64,000 bases of DNA from Bacillota bacterium (lineage in GTDB: Bacteria > Bacillota > Clostridia > Christensenellales > DTU072). Below the pieces are notes generated by a model that made no database searches, had not been told where the DNA came from, and saw only the letters and a list, made by a program, of their open reading frames with translations. Of this stretch, positions 53,906 through 63,093 are shown in pieces. The translations under genes and the position numbers were made by a program. The stretch covers positions 6,768-70,767 of the forward strand of contig WQYD01000004.1 of the NCBI GenBank assembly GCA_009781445.1, read 5' to 3'. Position 1 is the first letter of the stretch. Every line of letters starts with the position of its first letter.

Positions 53906-55139
53906 TCGTAATTATATCAAATTTCAGCCCTTCGCCCTCAAAAATCTCAAAAAATGACTTTTCTATGGCGGTATTGCCGATAAGTTTGCTTGTGAAAGCA
54001 AGCGTAACAATGTTATTTGAAGTTACTGTGGCAAGGTTTAAAGGCACTTTTTTAGAAACATTTAAATTAAAACCTATTCCGCTTACAACGCTACTTAACG
54101 AATCATGAAATTTCACAAGCCCCAAATTTGAAACAAGCATTGTTTGCTTCGTCTTCCCTGCGAAAAGTTTTCCAAGCCTCACCGCAAAACTTTTAATGCA
54201 AAGCGGAATAAGCCTAACCGCCACATTCTTGCCAAAAAAGTTAGAAGCATTAAGTTTTTCTTGCAATAATTCCTTATCAATACCGCTTGTGATTTGGTTA
54301 TCAACCAAAACCGCATAGTCCTTAAGCGTGCTTGGCACGGCAAAGCGATCAATTTCTGCACGAAGAATTGTGGTGAAATTTAAAAGCGTTTCACTGGGGA
54401 ACTGTCGCCTCAAATCCACAGGAATTGCACAGCAAAGCAAATCCTTATCATTTTCATTTGCATTTTTTGCCACAGCAAGCATTACTGCGCCTGCAATCAG
54501 GGCGGTAACGGTAACCCCGAACGTTTTAGCAATCTCTTTGAAAGCGGTGGCATCTGTGCGCCCTTCGGTAAGGGCATAACCCTCACCGCCAAAGAATTTT
54601 CCGCGGATTTGATACGCACGCGTGCCTGCAAGCCTTGAAATTGTGCCTTTTGTTAGCTTTTTCTTGCTGTCGTGCTTCAAAAACCCGTCTTCCCACTCAT
54701 TTTCAGAGGGCGCGCCGATATCCGCATTTATATCCGCATAAAGCATAAGAACGGCGTTAAAGAACTTCATTGCGCCTGCGCCGTCACAAAGCCCGTGGAA
54801 GAAATCCGAAAAAATGCGGTTTTCTTTGTAGGTAATCCTAAAAAGATAAGCATTGTTTTTCTTGAAATCTATGGGATCAAACAGGATTCCGTCATCTTCG
54901 TAAATCACGGGCGGAAGTTGATTGGTATCAAAAAAGTATCTAAAAACACCGTTTCTCAAAACCACATTAAAAGAAGGAAACCTTTCAAGGGCTTTCAAAA
55001 GCGCGTCATAAAGCACCTTGGGGTTAACCTCTTGCTTTAAATCCGCACTCAGCCTAAAAAGGCTTTGCGTGGTGAGCGTTATACTCATAGGATAAATCAT
55101 AGCAGAGTTATCAATTCTAAACCATTCAGGGGTATTCAT
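53889..55139 (-). CDS. HxxxD-type acyltransferase (condensation / alcohol acetyltransferase-like superfamily)
   Basis: FFHGLCDGAGAMKFF (HxxxDG) catalytic motif; 416 aa. Its stop overlaps the mnmG start by 17 nt. Confidence 0.75.
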   Translation of the reverse strand: MNTPEWFRIDNSAMIYPMSITLTTQSLFRLSADLKQEVNPKVLYDALLKALERFPSFNVVLRNGVFRYFFDTNQLPPVIYEDDGILFDPIDFKKNNAYLFRITYKENRIFSDFFHGLCDGAGAMKFFNAVLMLYADINADIGAPSENEWEDGFLKHDSKKKLTKGTISRLAGTRAYQIRGKFFGGEGYALTEGRTDATAFKEIAKTFGVTVTALIAGAVMLAVAKNANENDKDLLCCAIPVDLRRQFPSETLLNFTTILRAEIDRFAVPSTLKDYAVLVDNQITSGIDKELLQEKLNASNFFGKNVAVRLIPLCIKSFAVRLGKLFAGKTKQTMLVSNLGLVKFHDSLSSVVSGIGFNLNVSKKVPLNLATVTSNNIVTLAFTSKLIGNTAIEKSFFEIFEGEGLKFDIITNEKRI

Positions 55140-55210
55140 ACAATAATTATATAGGAAAACCGCCCCGTCCGCAATTGTTTTGGCGGTGAGAGGGCAATTA
55201 AAGGATTATT

Positions 55211-55480
55211 ATGGAAGCAAACCTAACAAACACGCAACACAAAATGTGCTACGAAAAGAACCGCTTGGAACTTAACGGAATCAAAGAAGTGGTTAGTTAT
55301 GACGATAAAGAAGTGGTGCTAACCCTTTGCGACAAAGGCATGGTTATCCGCGGAACGGAACTTTCCGTTGCCGAACTTAACTTAAAAACAGGGCTTTTGC
55401 GCATAGACGGGCAAGTTTTACTAATAACTTACACCAAGGCGCACGAAAAGCAATCGGTTTTGAAGAAAATCTTTAAATAG
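55211..55480 (+). CDS. yabP: Sporulation protein YabP
   Basis: LELNGIKEVVSYDDKEVVLTL..GMVIRGTELSVAELNLKTGLLRIDG. Confidence 0.85.
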   Translation: MEANLTNTQHKMCYEKNRLELNGIKEVVSYDDKEVVLTLCDKGMVIRGTELSVAELNLKTGLLRIDGQVLLITYTKAHEKQSVLKKIFK

Positions 55481-55501
55481 CGCGCAACCTGTTGCGTGCT
55501 T

Positions 55502-55643
55502 CAGCGCACAGCGCACAGCGCACAGCGCACAATGGTGGATTCTAAATCTCATTATTAGTTAATTGATCCATAATTCTGCATTCTGCATTCTTAATTCTGA
55601 ATTAATCCTTCACTGTGCGCTGTGCATTGTGCGTTGTGCGCTG
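55502..55643. repeat. Mosaic hairpin element: (CAGCGCA)4, core 55537, (AATTCTG)n, (TGCGCTG)n
   Basis: The outer arms are reverse complements. It lies between yabP and yabQ. Confidence 0.9.
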
Positions 55644-55652
55644 AAAATTACT

Positions 55653-56000
55653 ATGCTTACCGATTCCCACCTTCAACCCCTTGCACTAATTCTTTTTACC
55701 TGCTGTGGTGCAGGGGTGTATTTTTGTTATGAAGTTTTGCGTGCGGTGCGCTTTCAAAGAAAGCTACCTGTGCTTATGCACATTACAGACGCACTCTTTG
55801 CCGTGTCCGTCTGCGCGGTGTTTGCCCTGCTTACGCACCTTTTTTATAGCGGAATAATCAAACCTTACACACTTTTTTGTTATGCACTCGGGCTAATCAC
55901 CGCAAGGCTATCTTTAAAGCCTGCAATTAGAAAGGTTTTACAATTTGTAAAGCGCAAGTATATAGGGCGGAAGAAGCGACAAAATATTAGAGGGCAATAG
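55653..56000 (+). CDS. yabQ: Spore cortex biosynthesis protein YabQ-like membrane protein
   Basis: Start taken at MLTDSHLQPL (the track start at 55563 reads through the repeat element). Multi-TM, 115 aa, follows yabP. Confidence 0.7.
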   Translation: MLTDSHLQPLALILFTCCGAGVYFCYEVLRAVRFQRKLPVLMHITDALFAVSVCAVFALLTHLFYSGIIKPYTLFCYALGLITARLSLKPAIRKVLQFVKRKYIGRKKRQNIRGQ

Positions 56001-56070
56001 GCAATAAGGGTGCAGGTTGCAGGATGCAGGATGCAGGGGTGGAATCTAAATCTCATTATTGAGAGGGCAG
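55993..56070. repeat. Mosaic element: (GGCAATA), (GCAGGNT)n, core 56041
   Basis: Read directly. Confidence 0.8.
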
Positions 56071-56086
56071 TACATAAAGAGGAAAA

Positions 56087-56176
56087 ATGATAAAGCTAAA
56101 AAAATCAACAGTAGTAACGCAAGCAAGCAAAGCCGTTAACGGAAAATGCGCGTGTGGGAAAAATGTTTCGGAATAG
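56087..56176 (+). CDS. Candidate 29-aa small ORF MIKLKKSTVVTQASKAVNGKCACGKNVSE
   Basis: AAGAGGA lies 6 nt upstream of the ATG. It sits between two repeat elements and is not in the ORF track. There is no homology evidence. Confidence 0.3.
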   Translation: MIKLKKSTVVTQASKAVNGKCACGKNVSE

Positions 56177-56187
56177 GGAATGGGTTT

Positions 56188-56283
56188 AATTCAGAATTCA
56201 GAATTAAGAATGCAGAATTATGGATTTATTTATAATGAGATTTAGATTCCATCCCCGCAATCTGAATCCTGCAACCTGCACCC
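56188..56283. repeat. Mosaic element: (ATTCAGA)n, core 56234, (CTGCAAC)-type arm
   Basis: Read directly. Confidence 0.8.
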
Positions 56284-58058
56284 TAAATATTAAATTGCGA
56301 ATTATATAGTTCGCTATAAAATCCGTTTTTCTTAATTAGTTCTTGGTGGCTACCGCTTTCGGCTACACCGCCGTTATGAAGAACAAGGATAATATCCGCG
56401 TTTTTAATGGTGGAAAGGCGGTGGGCGATTATAAATGAGGTTCTGCCTGCGGTTAGCTTATCCATGGCGGTTTGCACCAAGATTTCGGTGCGTGTGTCTA
56501 CCGAACTTGTGGCTTCGTCCAGAATTAGCATAGGCGCATCAGTAAGGATTGCGCGCGCAATGGTTAAAAGTTGCTTTTGCCCTGCGGAAAGGGCGGTGTT
56601 TTCAGTTAGCATGGTATTATAGCCACCGCTTAGCGTTTTAATAAAGCGGTGAACCCCTGCGGTTTTGCAGGCATTTTTAATTTCCTCGTCCGTAGCCTCT
56701 TTGTTAGCATAAGCCACATTTTCTTTCACAGTACCCTCAAACAGCCACGAATCTTGAAGAACCATGCAGAATAAGGAATGCACAGTTTCTCTTTTGAGGG
56801 AACTAATCGGCAAGCCGTCTATTAAAATTTCACCGCTTAAAACCTCATAAAAGCGCATTAAAAGGTTCACGATTGTGGTTTTGCCTGCGCCCGTTTGCCC
56901 CACGATTGCAATTTTCTGCCCTGGGGTAGCCTTAAAAGATAGGTTTTCAATTACGGGTTTATTCTCAACATATCCAAACGAAACATTGCTAAATTCCACA
57001 AAACCTTTCACGCTTTCGGGCGCAAGAGTTTCGGTTTTGTGAGTTTCGGATTCCATTTCTTCCTCTTTTAGAAACCCAAACACCCTTTCACTTGACGCGG
57101 AAGCAGATTGAAGCATTTGCGCGCCTTGGGCAAATTGCGTTAGAGGTTGCGTAAAAAACCTTATATATAATAGGAAAGCCACAATCGTGCCGAATTCAAT
57201 TTTAATTGCAGGGTTAGAACTGCTTGCCAAAATCGCGCCTGCCACGCACACGGCAACATAGCCCAAATTTCCTATAAATCCCATAACGGGCATCATCATT
57301 CCTGAAAAGAATTGTGCTTTCCAACCGCTTTTCCAAAGTTTTTTATTTGCTAAGGTAAACTTTTCGCGCGCTTTATCCTGCGCGCCGTAAATTTTTATTG
57401 TGGACGAACCAGAATAGATTTCTTCCACATGCCCGTTAACTTCGCCAAGGGCGGATTGCTGTGCGCGGAAATATTTTTGCGATTTTGTGATAATTAAAAA
57501 CATAACCGCAAAGCCAAAAAGCGAAGTGCTGATTGCAATCACCGCCAAAAGGGGGCTTGTGATAAGCATCATAATAATTGCGCCCACAAAAAGGGTGAAG
57601 GAAATAACCATCATTCCCACACCTTGATTTAAGGCTTGCCCTATGTTGTCTATATCGTTCGTCACACGGCTTAGCACATTTCCGTGGCTTTCTTTATCAA
57701 AGTATTTAAGAGGCAATTTGTTAATTTTTGAAGAAATATCCGCCCTTAATCCATAGCAAACGCGCTGAGTAACCGTGGCAAGGATAAAGTGGCAAATGTA
57801 CGAACAAAGCGAACCAGAGATAAAAAGCGCGCCCAAAATCATGGCGATTTGAGTAATCCGCGATATATCAATGCCCGATACCACACCCGCCATTATGGTG
57901 TTTGTGATTGCTTCTATCCTTTTAGGGCCTGCGATTGTTACCGAAGCGGAATAAACCGCAAGCACAACGGACGCAATAAGTGCAGGCAAAAACGGACGCA
58001 TATAAACAAGCAGTTTTTTTAAAGAGGGCTTTTTGGTTTTGCTTAGATCTTCTTTCAC
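56283..58058 (-). CDS. ABC transporter permease/ATP-binding protein (type I exporter half, heterodimer partner)
   Basis: 6-TM N-terminal domain. Walker A GQTGAGKTT, signature LSAGQKQ, Walker B LILDEATS. Confidence 0.9.
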   Translation of the reverse strand: MKEDLSKTKKPSLKKLLVYMRPFLPALIASVVLAVYSASVTIAGPKRIEAITNTIMAGVVSGIDISRITQIAMILGALFISGSLCSYICHFILATVTQRVCYGLRADISSKINKLPLKYFDKESHGNVLSRVTNDIDNIGQALNQGVGMMVISFTLFVGAIIMMLITSPLLAVIAISTSLFGFAVMFLIITKSQKYFRAQQSALGEVNGHVEEIYSGSSTIKIYGAQDKAREKFTLANKKLWKSGWKAQFFSGMMMPVMGFIGNLGYVAVCVAGAILASSSNPAIKIEFGTIVAFLLYIRFFTQPLTQFAQGAQMLQSASASSERVFGFLKEEEMESETHKTETLAPESVKGFVEFSNVSFGYVENKPVIENLSFKATPGQKIAIVGQTGAGKTTIVNLLMRFYEVLSGEILIDGLPISSLKRETVHSLFCMVLQDSWLFEGTVKENVAYANKEATDEEIKNACKTAGVHRFIKTLSGGYNTMLTENTALSAGQKQLLTIARAILTDAPMLILDEATSSVDTRTEILVQTAMDKLTAGRTSFIIAHRLSTIKNADIILVLHNGGVAESGSHQELIKKNGFYSELYNSQFNI

Positions 58059-59827
58059 TAATCCTTGCCCCCCTTGCTGTGATTTCCTTTGCTTATCCCC
58101 TGCGAAAGGGCGATTTCTTTATAAACCGCGCAATCCTTCAAAAGTTCGTTATGCTTGCCGATTCCTGCCACTTCGCCGTTTTCAAGAACTATGATTTTAT
58201 CCGCGTCCATAATCGTGCTTATTCTTTGCGCCACGATAAGCACCGTGGCATTGCTTGCATTTTCCTTTAAAGAGGCACGCAATTCCTTATCCGTTTTATA
58301 ATCAAGGGCGGAAAAGGAATCGTCAAATATAAAAATATCGGGTTTTTTGCAAATCGCCCTCGCGATAGAAATCCTTTGCTTTTGCCCGCCCGAAAGGTTT
58401 TTGCCTTCCTGCGAAATTAAGGAATCATAGGAATTATCCATTTTTGAAATAAACTCGCTTGCCTTTGCCACGCCTGCCGAATGGATAACGCTTTCTAAAA
58501 TACCCTCGCTTTCTTCGCTTCCGAGTGCAATGTTTTCTTTAACCGTTCCCGAAAACAAAACCGCTTTTTGCGCCACATAACCAAGTTTCTTGTTTAAATC
58601 CTTTTCGCTGAAATCCTTTATATTTACACCGCTTATAAGCAGTTCGCCTGCGGTTATATCATAAAACCTTGCCACAAGGTTAATAAGGGTGCTTTTTCCG
58701 CTTCCAGTGCTTCCGATAAACGCCACTGTTTCACCGCTTTCAATTTTAAAGCTAACATTTTTAAGCACCAATTCTTCCGCATTCGGATACCCAAACGAAA
58801 CATTTTTAAATTCCACTTCACCCGCCTCTGAAAGGGGCTGGGCTGAAATTTCAGGGTAAGAAATTAGGGGATTAACAGATAAAACTTCATTGATTCTTAA
58901 CGCGGAAACGCTTGCCCTCGGCAGGAAAATAAACACCATGGTAATCATTATAAATGCCATAATAACCTGCATGGCGTAAGAGGAAAACACAGTCATATCA
59001 GCAATAAGCCCTGCACGCGCAGAGAGGGGTGCGCTGTTAATTAAATGCGCGCCGATAAAGTAAACAGAAAGGGTTAAGCCGTTAAGCAAAATGCTTAACA
59101 GGGGCTGAACCGAAGCAAGCGAACGGGTGGTGAAAAGGTGGGTTTTGGTTAAATCCTCATTTGCCGTTTTGAATTTTTTTGCGGAAAGTTCTTCCGCATT
59201 ATAAGCGCGCACCACTCTCAAACCTGTTAGGTTTTCACGCGTTACCGCATTCAAATTATCCGTTTGCTTTTGAATTACCTTAAATTTGGGTAGCACAAAA
59301 ATTAGCATAACCACAAGCACAATAAGCATAATTATCAAAGTTGTTGCCACTGCAAGAGTCCATTGCCAACCGCTACCCACCATTTCAGTGGTTGCCCACA
59401 CCGCCATAATCGGCGCGCGCAATAAAACCTGCAAGGAAATTGCCACAAGCAAACCCACCTGCGTTATGTCGTTAGTTGAACGCGTTATTAGGCTTGCCGT
59501 GGTAAATTTATTCATTTCCTCGTGCGAAAAACTGCCAGCTTTGTCATAAACAAGCCCCCTCAACCTCATGGAAAAATCCGCGGATACCCTTGCCGATAAA
59601 AACCCCACCGTGAACGCACACACCGCGCTTCCAAGCGTGGAAAGTAGCATAAAACCGCCAAGTTTCCAAATTTCGCCTGTGTTTCCCCCTAATTGCAAAT
59701 TAAGCACAATTTCGCGCATTAACCGCGGAAGCCTCAAATCCAAAAAAACCTGCGTGGTAACAAAAACCACACTTGCAAGCGCAAGCAACCATTCTTTTGG
59801 CTTAAGGTGTTTCAAAAGTGATAGCAT
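58058..59827 (-). CDS. ABC transporter permease/ATP-binding protein (type I exporter half)
   Basis: Walker A GSTGSGKST, signature LSGGQKQR, Walker B FIFDDSFS. ATG at 59827 (MLSLLKHLKPKEW) is preferred over TTG at 59857. Its stop overlaps the start of the downstream gene. Confidence 0.88.
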   Translation of the reverse strand: MLSLLKHLKPKEWLLALASVVFVTTQVFLDLRLPRLMREIVLNLQLGGNTGEIWKLGGFMLLSTLGSAVCAFTVGFLSARVSADFSMRLRGLVYDKAGSFSHEEMNKFTTASLITRSTNDITQVGLLVAISLQVLLRAPIMAVWATTEMVGSGWQWTLAVATTLIIMLIVLVVMLIFVLPKFKVIQKQTDNLNAVTRENLTGLRVVRAYNAEELSAKKFKTANEDLTKTHLFTTRSLASVQPLLSILLNGLTLSVYFIGAHLINSAPLSARAGLIADMTVFSSYAMQVIMAFIMITMVFIFLPRASVSALRINEVLSVNPLISYPEISAQPLSEAGEVEFKNVSFGYPNAEELVLKNVSFKIESGETVAFIGSTGSGKSTLINLVARFYDITAGELLISGVNIKDFSEKDLNKKLGYVAQKAVLFSGTVKENIALGSEESEGILESVIHSAGVAKASEFISKMDNSYDSLISQEGKNLSGGQKQRISIARAICKKPDIFIFDDSFSALDYKTDKELRASLKENASNATVLIVAQRISTIMDADKIIVLENGEVAGIGKHNELLKDCAVYKEIALSQGISKGNHSKGGKD

Positions 59828-59932
59828 ATCTAAAGTATATAAGATTTTGAAAAACAAAGCAACTCAACCGCGCCCGTGCGTGTTATAGTAATTTGTTTGA
59901 CTTTGCGCGCGCGCGCCGTTTAAAATAGAAAC

Positions 59933-61120
59933 ATGAAATACTTGGTTGTTTTGGGTGACGGCATGGCTGATTTGCCCATAGCTGAATTAAACGGCAAAAC
60001 CCCGCTTGAAGTGGCGGACATTCCCGCTATGAACGAACTTGCAAAAAGAGGGCAAACAGGGCTTATTAAAACCGTGCCTGCCCCTTTTAAACCGGGAAGT
60101 GATATTGCAAATTTATCCGTTTTGGGCTATCACCCTGAAAAGTATTATTCGGGCAGAAGCCCCCTTGAAGCCCTAAACCTTGGCGTTAAAATGAAAGACA
60201 GCGATGTCGCATTAAGGCTAAACCTCACCACGGTTGAAAACGGCGTTATGAAAGATTATAGCGCAGGTGAGATTTCTTCCCAAGAGGCGTCTGAACTTAT
60301 AAGCGCGCTTAACCAAGGTTTAAAAATCAGCGGAATCAAGATTTATGCGGGGGTTTCTTACCGCCATTGCCTGATTTATGAAAACGGTGAAACCGCCACG
60401 GAACTTACCCCCCCTCACGACATTACGGGGAAACCAATCGCAAATCATTTGCCAAAGGGCGCAAATTCCGCATTTTATTTGGATTTTATGGAAAAATCCG
60501 CTAAAATCCTCAAAAATCACCCTATAAATTTGGCGCGCCGTGAAAGAGGGCAGAACGAAGCTAACACCGCTTGGCTTTGGGGCGCAGGGGTAAAGCCCAA
60601 CCTTAAACGCTTTAAAGAAATCCACGGGCTTAACGGCGCGGTTATATCCGCGGTGGATCTTTTAAAGGGAATTGCAAAAGGCACAGGAATGCTTGCGCCT
60701 TTCGTGGACGGTGCAACAGGCACGCTTCATTCCAACTTCAAGGGCAAGGCGGAAAAGGTTAAGGAATGCTTTGAAAACGGCACGGACTTTGTGTACTTGC
60801 ACATAGAAGCACCGGACGAATGTAGCCACCAAGGGGATTTAAAAGGAAAAATTAAGGCAATAGAAATCGTAAACGGATTGCTTAAAGAACTTTGGGATTA
60901 CTTAGAATCAAGCGGTGAAGATTATGCGATTGCACTGCTTCCCGATCATTCAACCCCCTTATCCACCCAAACCCACGCGGATAACCCTGTGCCTTACGCA
61001 GTGTTTAAAAGCAATTCCCCCTATAACTCAGGGCTATCGTATAACGAAAAAAGCGCGGAAAACGGCGTATTTTTGGCAGAGGGCGGGGAAATTATGGAAT
61101 TGCTGTTGCACAGCAATTAG
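59933..61120 (+). CDS. apgM: Cofactor-independent phosphoglycerate mutase, archaeal ApgM type
   Basis: MKYLVVLGDGMADLP...GKTPLE N-terminus and HIEAPDECSHQGD motif. Confidence 0.85.
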   Translation: MKYLVVLGDGMADLPIAELNGKTPLEVADIPAMNELAKRGQTGLIKTVPAPFKPGSDIANLSVLGYHPEKYYSGRSPLEALNLGVKMKDSDVALRLNLTTVENGVMKDYSAGEISSQEASELISALNQGLKISGIKIYAGVSYRHCLIYENGETATELTPPHDITGKPIANHLPKGANSAFYLDFMEKSAKILKNHPINLARRERGQNEANTAWLWGAGVKPNLKRFKEIHGLNGAVISAVDLLKGIAKGTGMLAPFVDGATGTLHSNFKGKAEKVKECFENGTDFVYLHIEAPDECSHQGDLKGKIKAIEIVNGLLKELWDYLESSGEDYAIALLPDHSTPLSTQTHADNPVPYAVFKSNSPYNSGLSYNEKSAENGVFLAEGGEIMELLLHSN

Positions 61121-61261
61121 CGCACAGCGCACAGCGCACAATGAAGGATTCTAAATATCATTATTAGTTAATTAACCCATAATTCGTACTTCGTACTTTG
61201 TACTTCGTACCTAAATAAATAATTCCTTCACTGTGCGCTGTGCGTTGTGCGCTGTGCGCTG
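61119..61261. repeat. Mosaic hairpin element: (CAGCGCA)n, core 61146, (CGTACTT)n, (TGCGCTG)n
   Basis: Read directly; it begins at the apgM stop codon. Confidence 0.85.
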
Positions 61262-61311
61262 TAAAAATCAATAATGTGTACCTCGCACCTAACCACCATT
61301 AAACTATTACC

Positions 61312-63093
61312 ATGAACAAAATTACCTCAACCGAACTAAGAAACAAATACCTCGCGTTCTTTAAATCAAAGAACCATGCTATAATTCCGTCTGCCTCGCT
61401 TGTGCCTGATAATGATCCCACGGTTTTATTCACAACCGCAGGAATGCACCCCCTTGTGCCGTACCTTTTGGGAACGGCGCACCCTCAGGGCAAGAGGCTT
61501 GCGAATGTGCAAAAGTGCGTGCGCACAGGGGATATAGACGAAGTTGGTGACGATGTGCATTGCACTTTTTTTGAAATGCTTGGCAATTGGTCACTCGGGG
61601 ATTATTTTAAAGAAGAAAGCATTAAAATGAGTGCGGAATTTTTAACTAAGGTTATCAATATTCCGCTAACTTCCCTTGCGGTTTCGGTTTTTGCAGGCGA
61701 TAACGATTGCCCGAAAGACGAAGTTTCGGCTTCCGTTTGGCTAAGCCTTGGGATACCAAAAGAACGGATTTTTTATCTTCCCAAGAAAAATAATTGGTGG
61801 GGGCCGGCAGGAATCACAGGCCCTTGCGGGCCTGATACGGAAATATTTATCATAAGGGATAAAAAGCCCTGCGGTAAGGATTGTTCCCCTGCGTGCGATT
61901 GCGGAAAATATGTGGAAATTTGGAACAATGTGTTCATGGAATATTTTAAGCAGGCAGACGGTTCGTTTATCCCGCTAAAGCAAAAAAATGTGGACACAGG
62001 CATGGGGCTTGAAAGAACCGTTGCCATGCTTAACGGTTGCCAAAGCGTGTACGAAACCGATGTATTTTTACCGATTGTTAAATTTTTAAAAGAATCCGCC
62101 ACCGTGGAAAAAGAGGACGCTTTAAGAAATATTAAAATTATTGCGGATCATTTGCGCACGGCAACATTTATGCTTGGTGACGATAAAGGGGTAACCCCGT
62201 CTAATGTGGATCAAGGCTATGTGCTGAGGCGGTTGATTCGCCGTTCTTTGAGGTTTGCAAGGGGCATTGGCATTAAACCTGAGTGTTTTACTGCTGTTGC
62301 TTTAATGTTCGTGGATATTTATAAAGAACAATATCCCGAACTTCTTAAGAATAAAGATAAGATTTTTAATGAACTTTCCGCCGAAACTTTGAAGTTTGAG
62401 GCAACGCTAAGCCAAGGCTTAAAGGAATTTGATAAACTTAAGCAATATATCCAAAATAGCAGAATGAGCGGAAAATCCGCATTTAAACTTTACGATACTT
62501 ACGGATTCCCCCTTGAAATCACGCTTGAACTTGCGAATGAAAACGGAATCACCGTGGACACAGAGGGCTACGAAGCCTGCTTTAAAGAACACCAAGCTAA
62601 GTCGCAAGCAGGCGCAGACAAGAAGTTTGCAGGGGGGCTGGCAGATTCCACAGAGGAAACCGCAAAACTTCACACCGCGACTCACCTTTTGCTTGCTTCG
62701 CTTAAAGAGGTTCTTAACGATAATAATATCAACCAAAAGGGTAGCAATATCACCGCGGAACGCTTAAGGCTTGATTTTAATTTTCCGCGCCCCTTAACCG
62801 CTGACGAAATCAAAAAGGTGGAAGATAAGGTTAATAAGGCGATAAAAGACGGCGTTTCCGTGGTTATGGAAGAAATGAGCCTTGAATCTGCCAAAGCGTT
62901 GGGTGCTACGGGCGTTTTTGAATCCAAGTACGATACGGTGGTTAAGGTGTACACAATGGGCGGATATTCCAAAGAAATCTGTGGCGGGCCTCATGCTACG
63001 AACACGGCAGATTTAAAAGGCTTTAAGATTGATAAAGAAGGTTCTTCAAGCGCAGGGGTAAGAAGAATAAAGGCGGTACTTAGCAATGATTAG
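61312..63093 (+). CDS. alaS: Alanine--tRNA ligase, short form (593 aa; catalytic plus editing domains, no C-Ala/DHHA1-like C-terminal domain)
   Basis: N-terminal [35 protein letters not shown]. Editing-site HTATHLL and CGGPH. The ORF ends ~35 aa after CGGPH. Confidence 0.88.
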   Translation: MNKITSTELRNKYLAFFKSKNHAIIPSASLVPDNDPTVLFTTAGMHPLVPYLLGTAHPQGKRLANVQKCVRTGDIDEVGDDVHCTFFEMLGNWSLGDYFKEESIKMSAEFLTKVINIPLTSLAVSVFAGDNDCPKDEVSASVWLSLGIPKERIFYLPKKNNWWGPAGITGPCGPDTEIFIIRDKKPCGKDCSPACDCGKYVEIWNNVFMEYFKQADGSFIPLKQKNVDTGMGLERTVAMLNGCQSVYETDVFLPIVKFLKESATVEKEDALRNIKIIADHLRTATFMLGDDKGVTPSNVDQGYVLRRLIRRSLRFARGIGIKPECFTAVALMFVDIYKEQYPELLKNKDKIFNELSAETLKFEATLSQGLKEFDKLKQYIQNSRMSGKSAFKLYDTYGFPLEITLELANENGITVDTEGYEACFKEHQAKSQAGADKKFAGGLADSTEETAKLHTATHLLLASLKEVLNDNNINQKGSNITAERLRLDFNFPRPLTADEIKKVEDKVNKAIKDGVSVVMEEMSLESAKALGATGVFESKYDTVVKVYTMGGYSKEICGGPHATNTADLKGFKIDKEGSSSAGVRRIKAVLSND

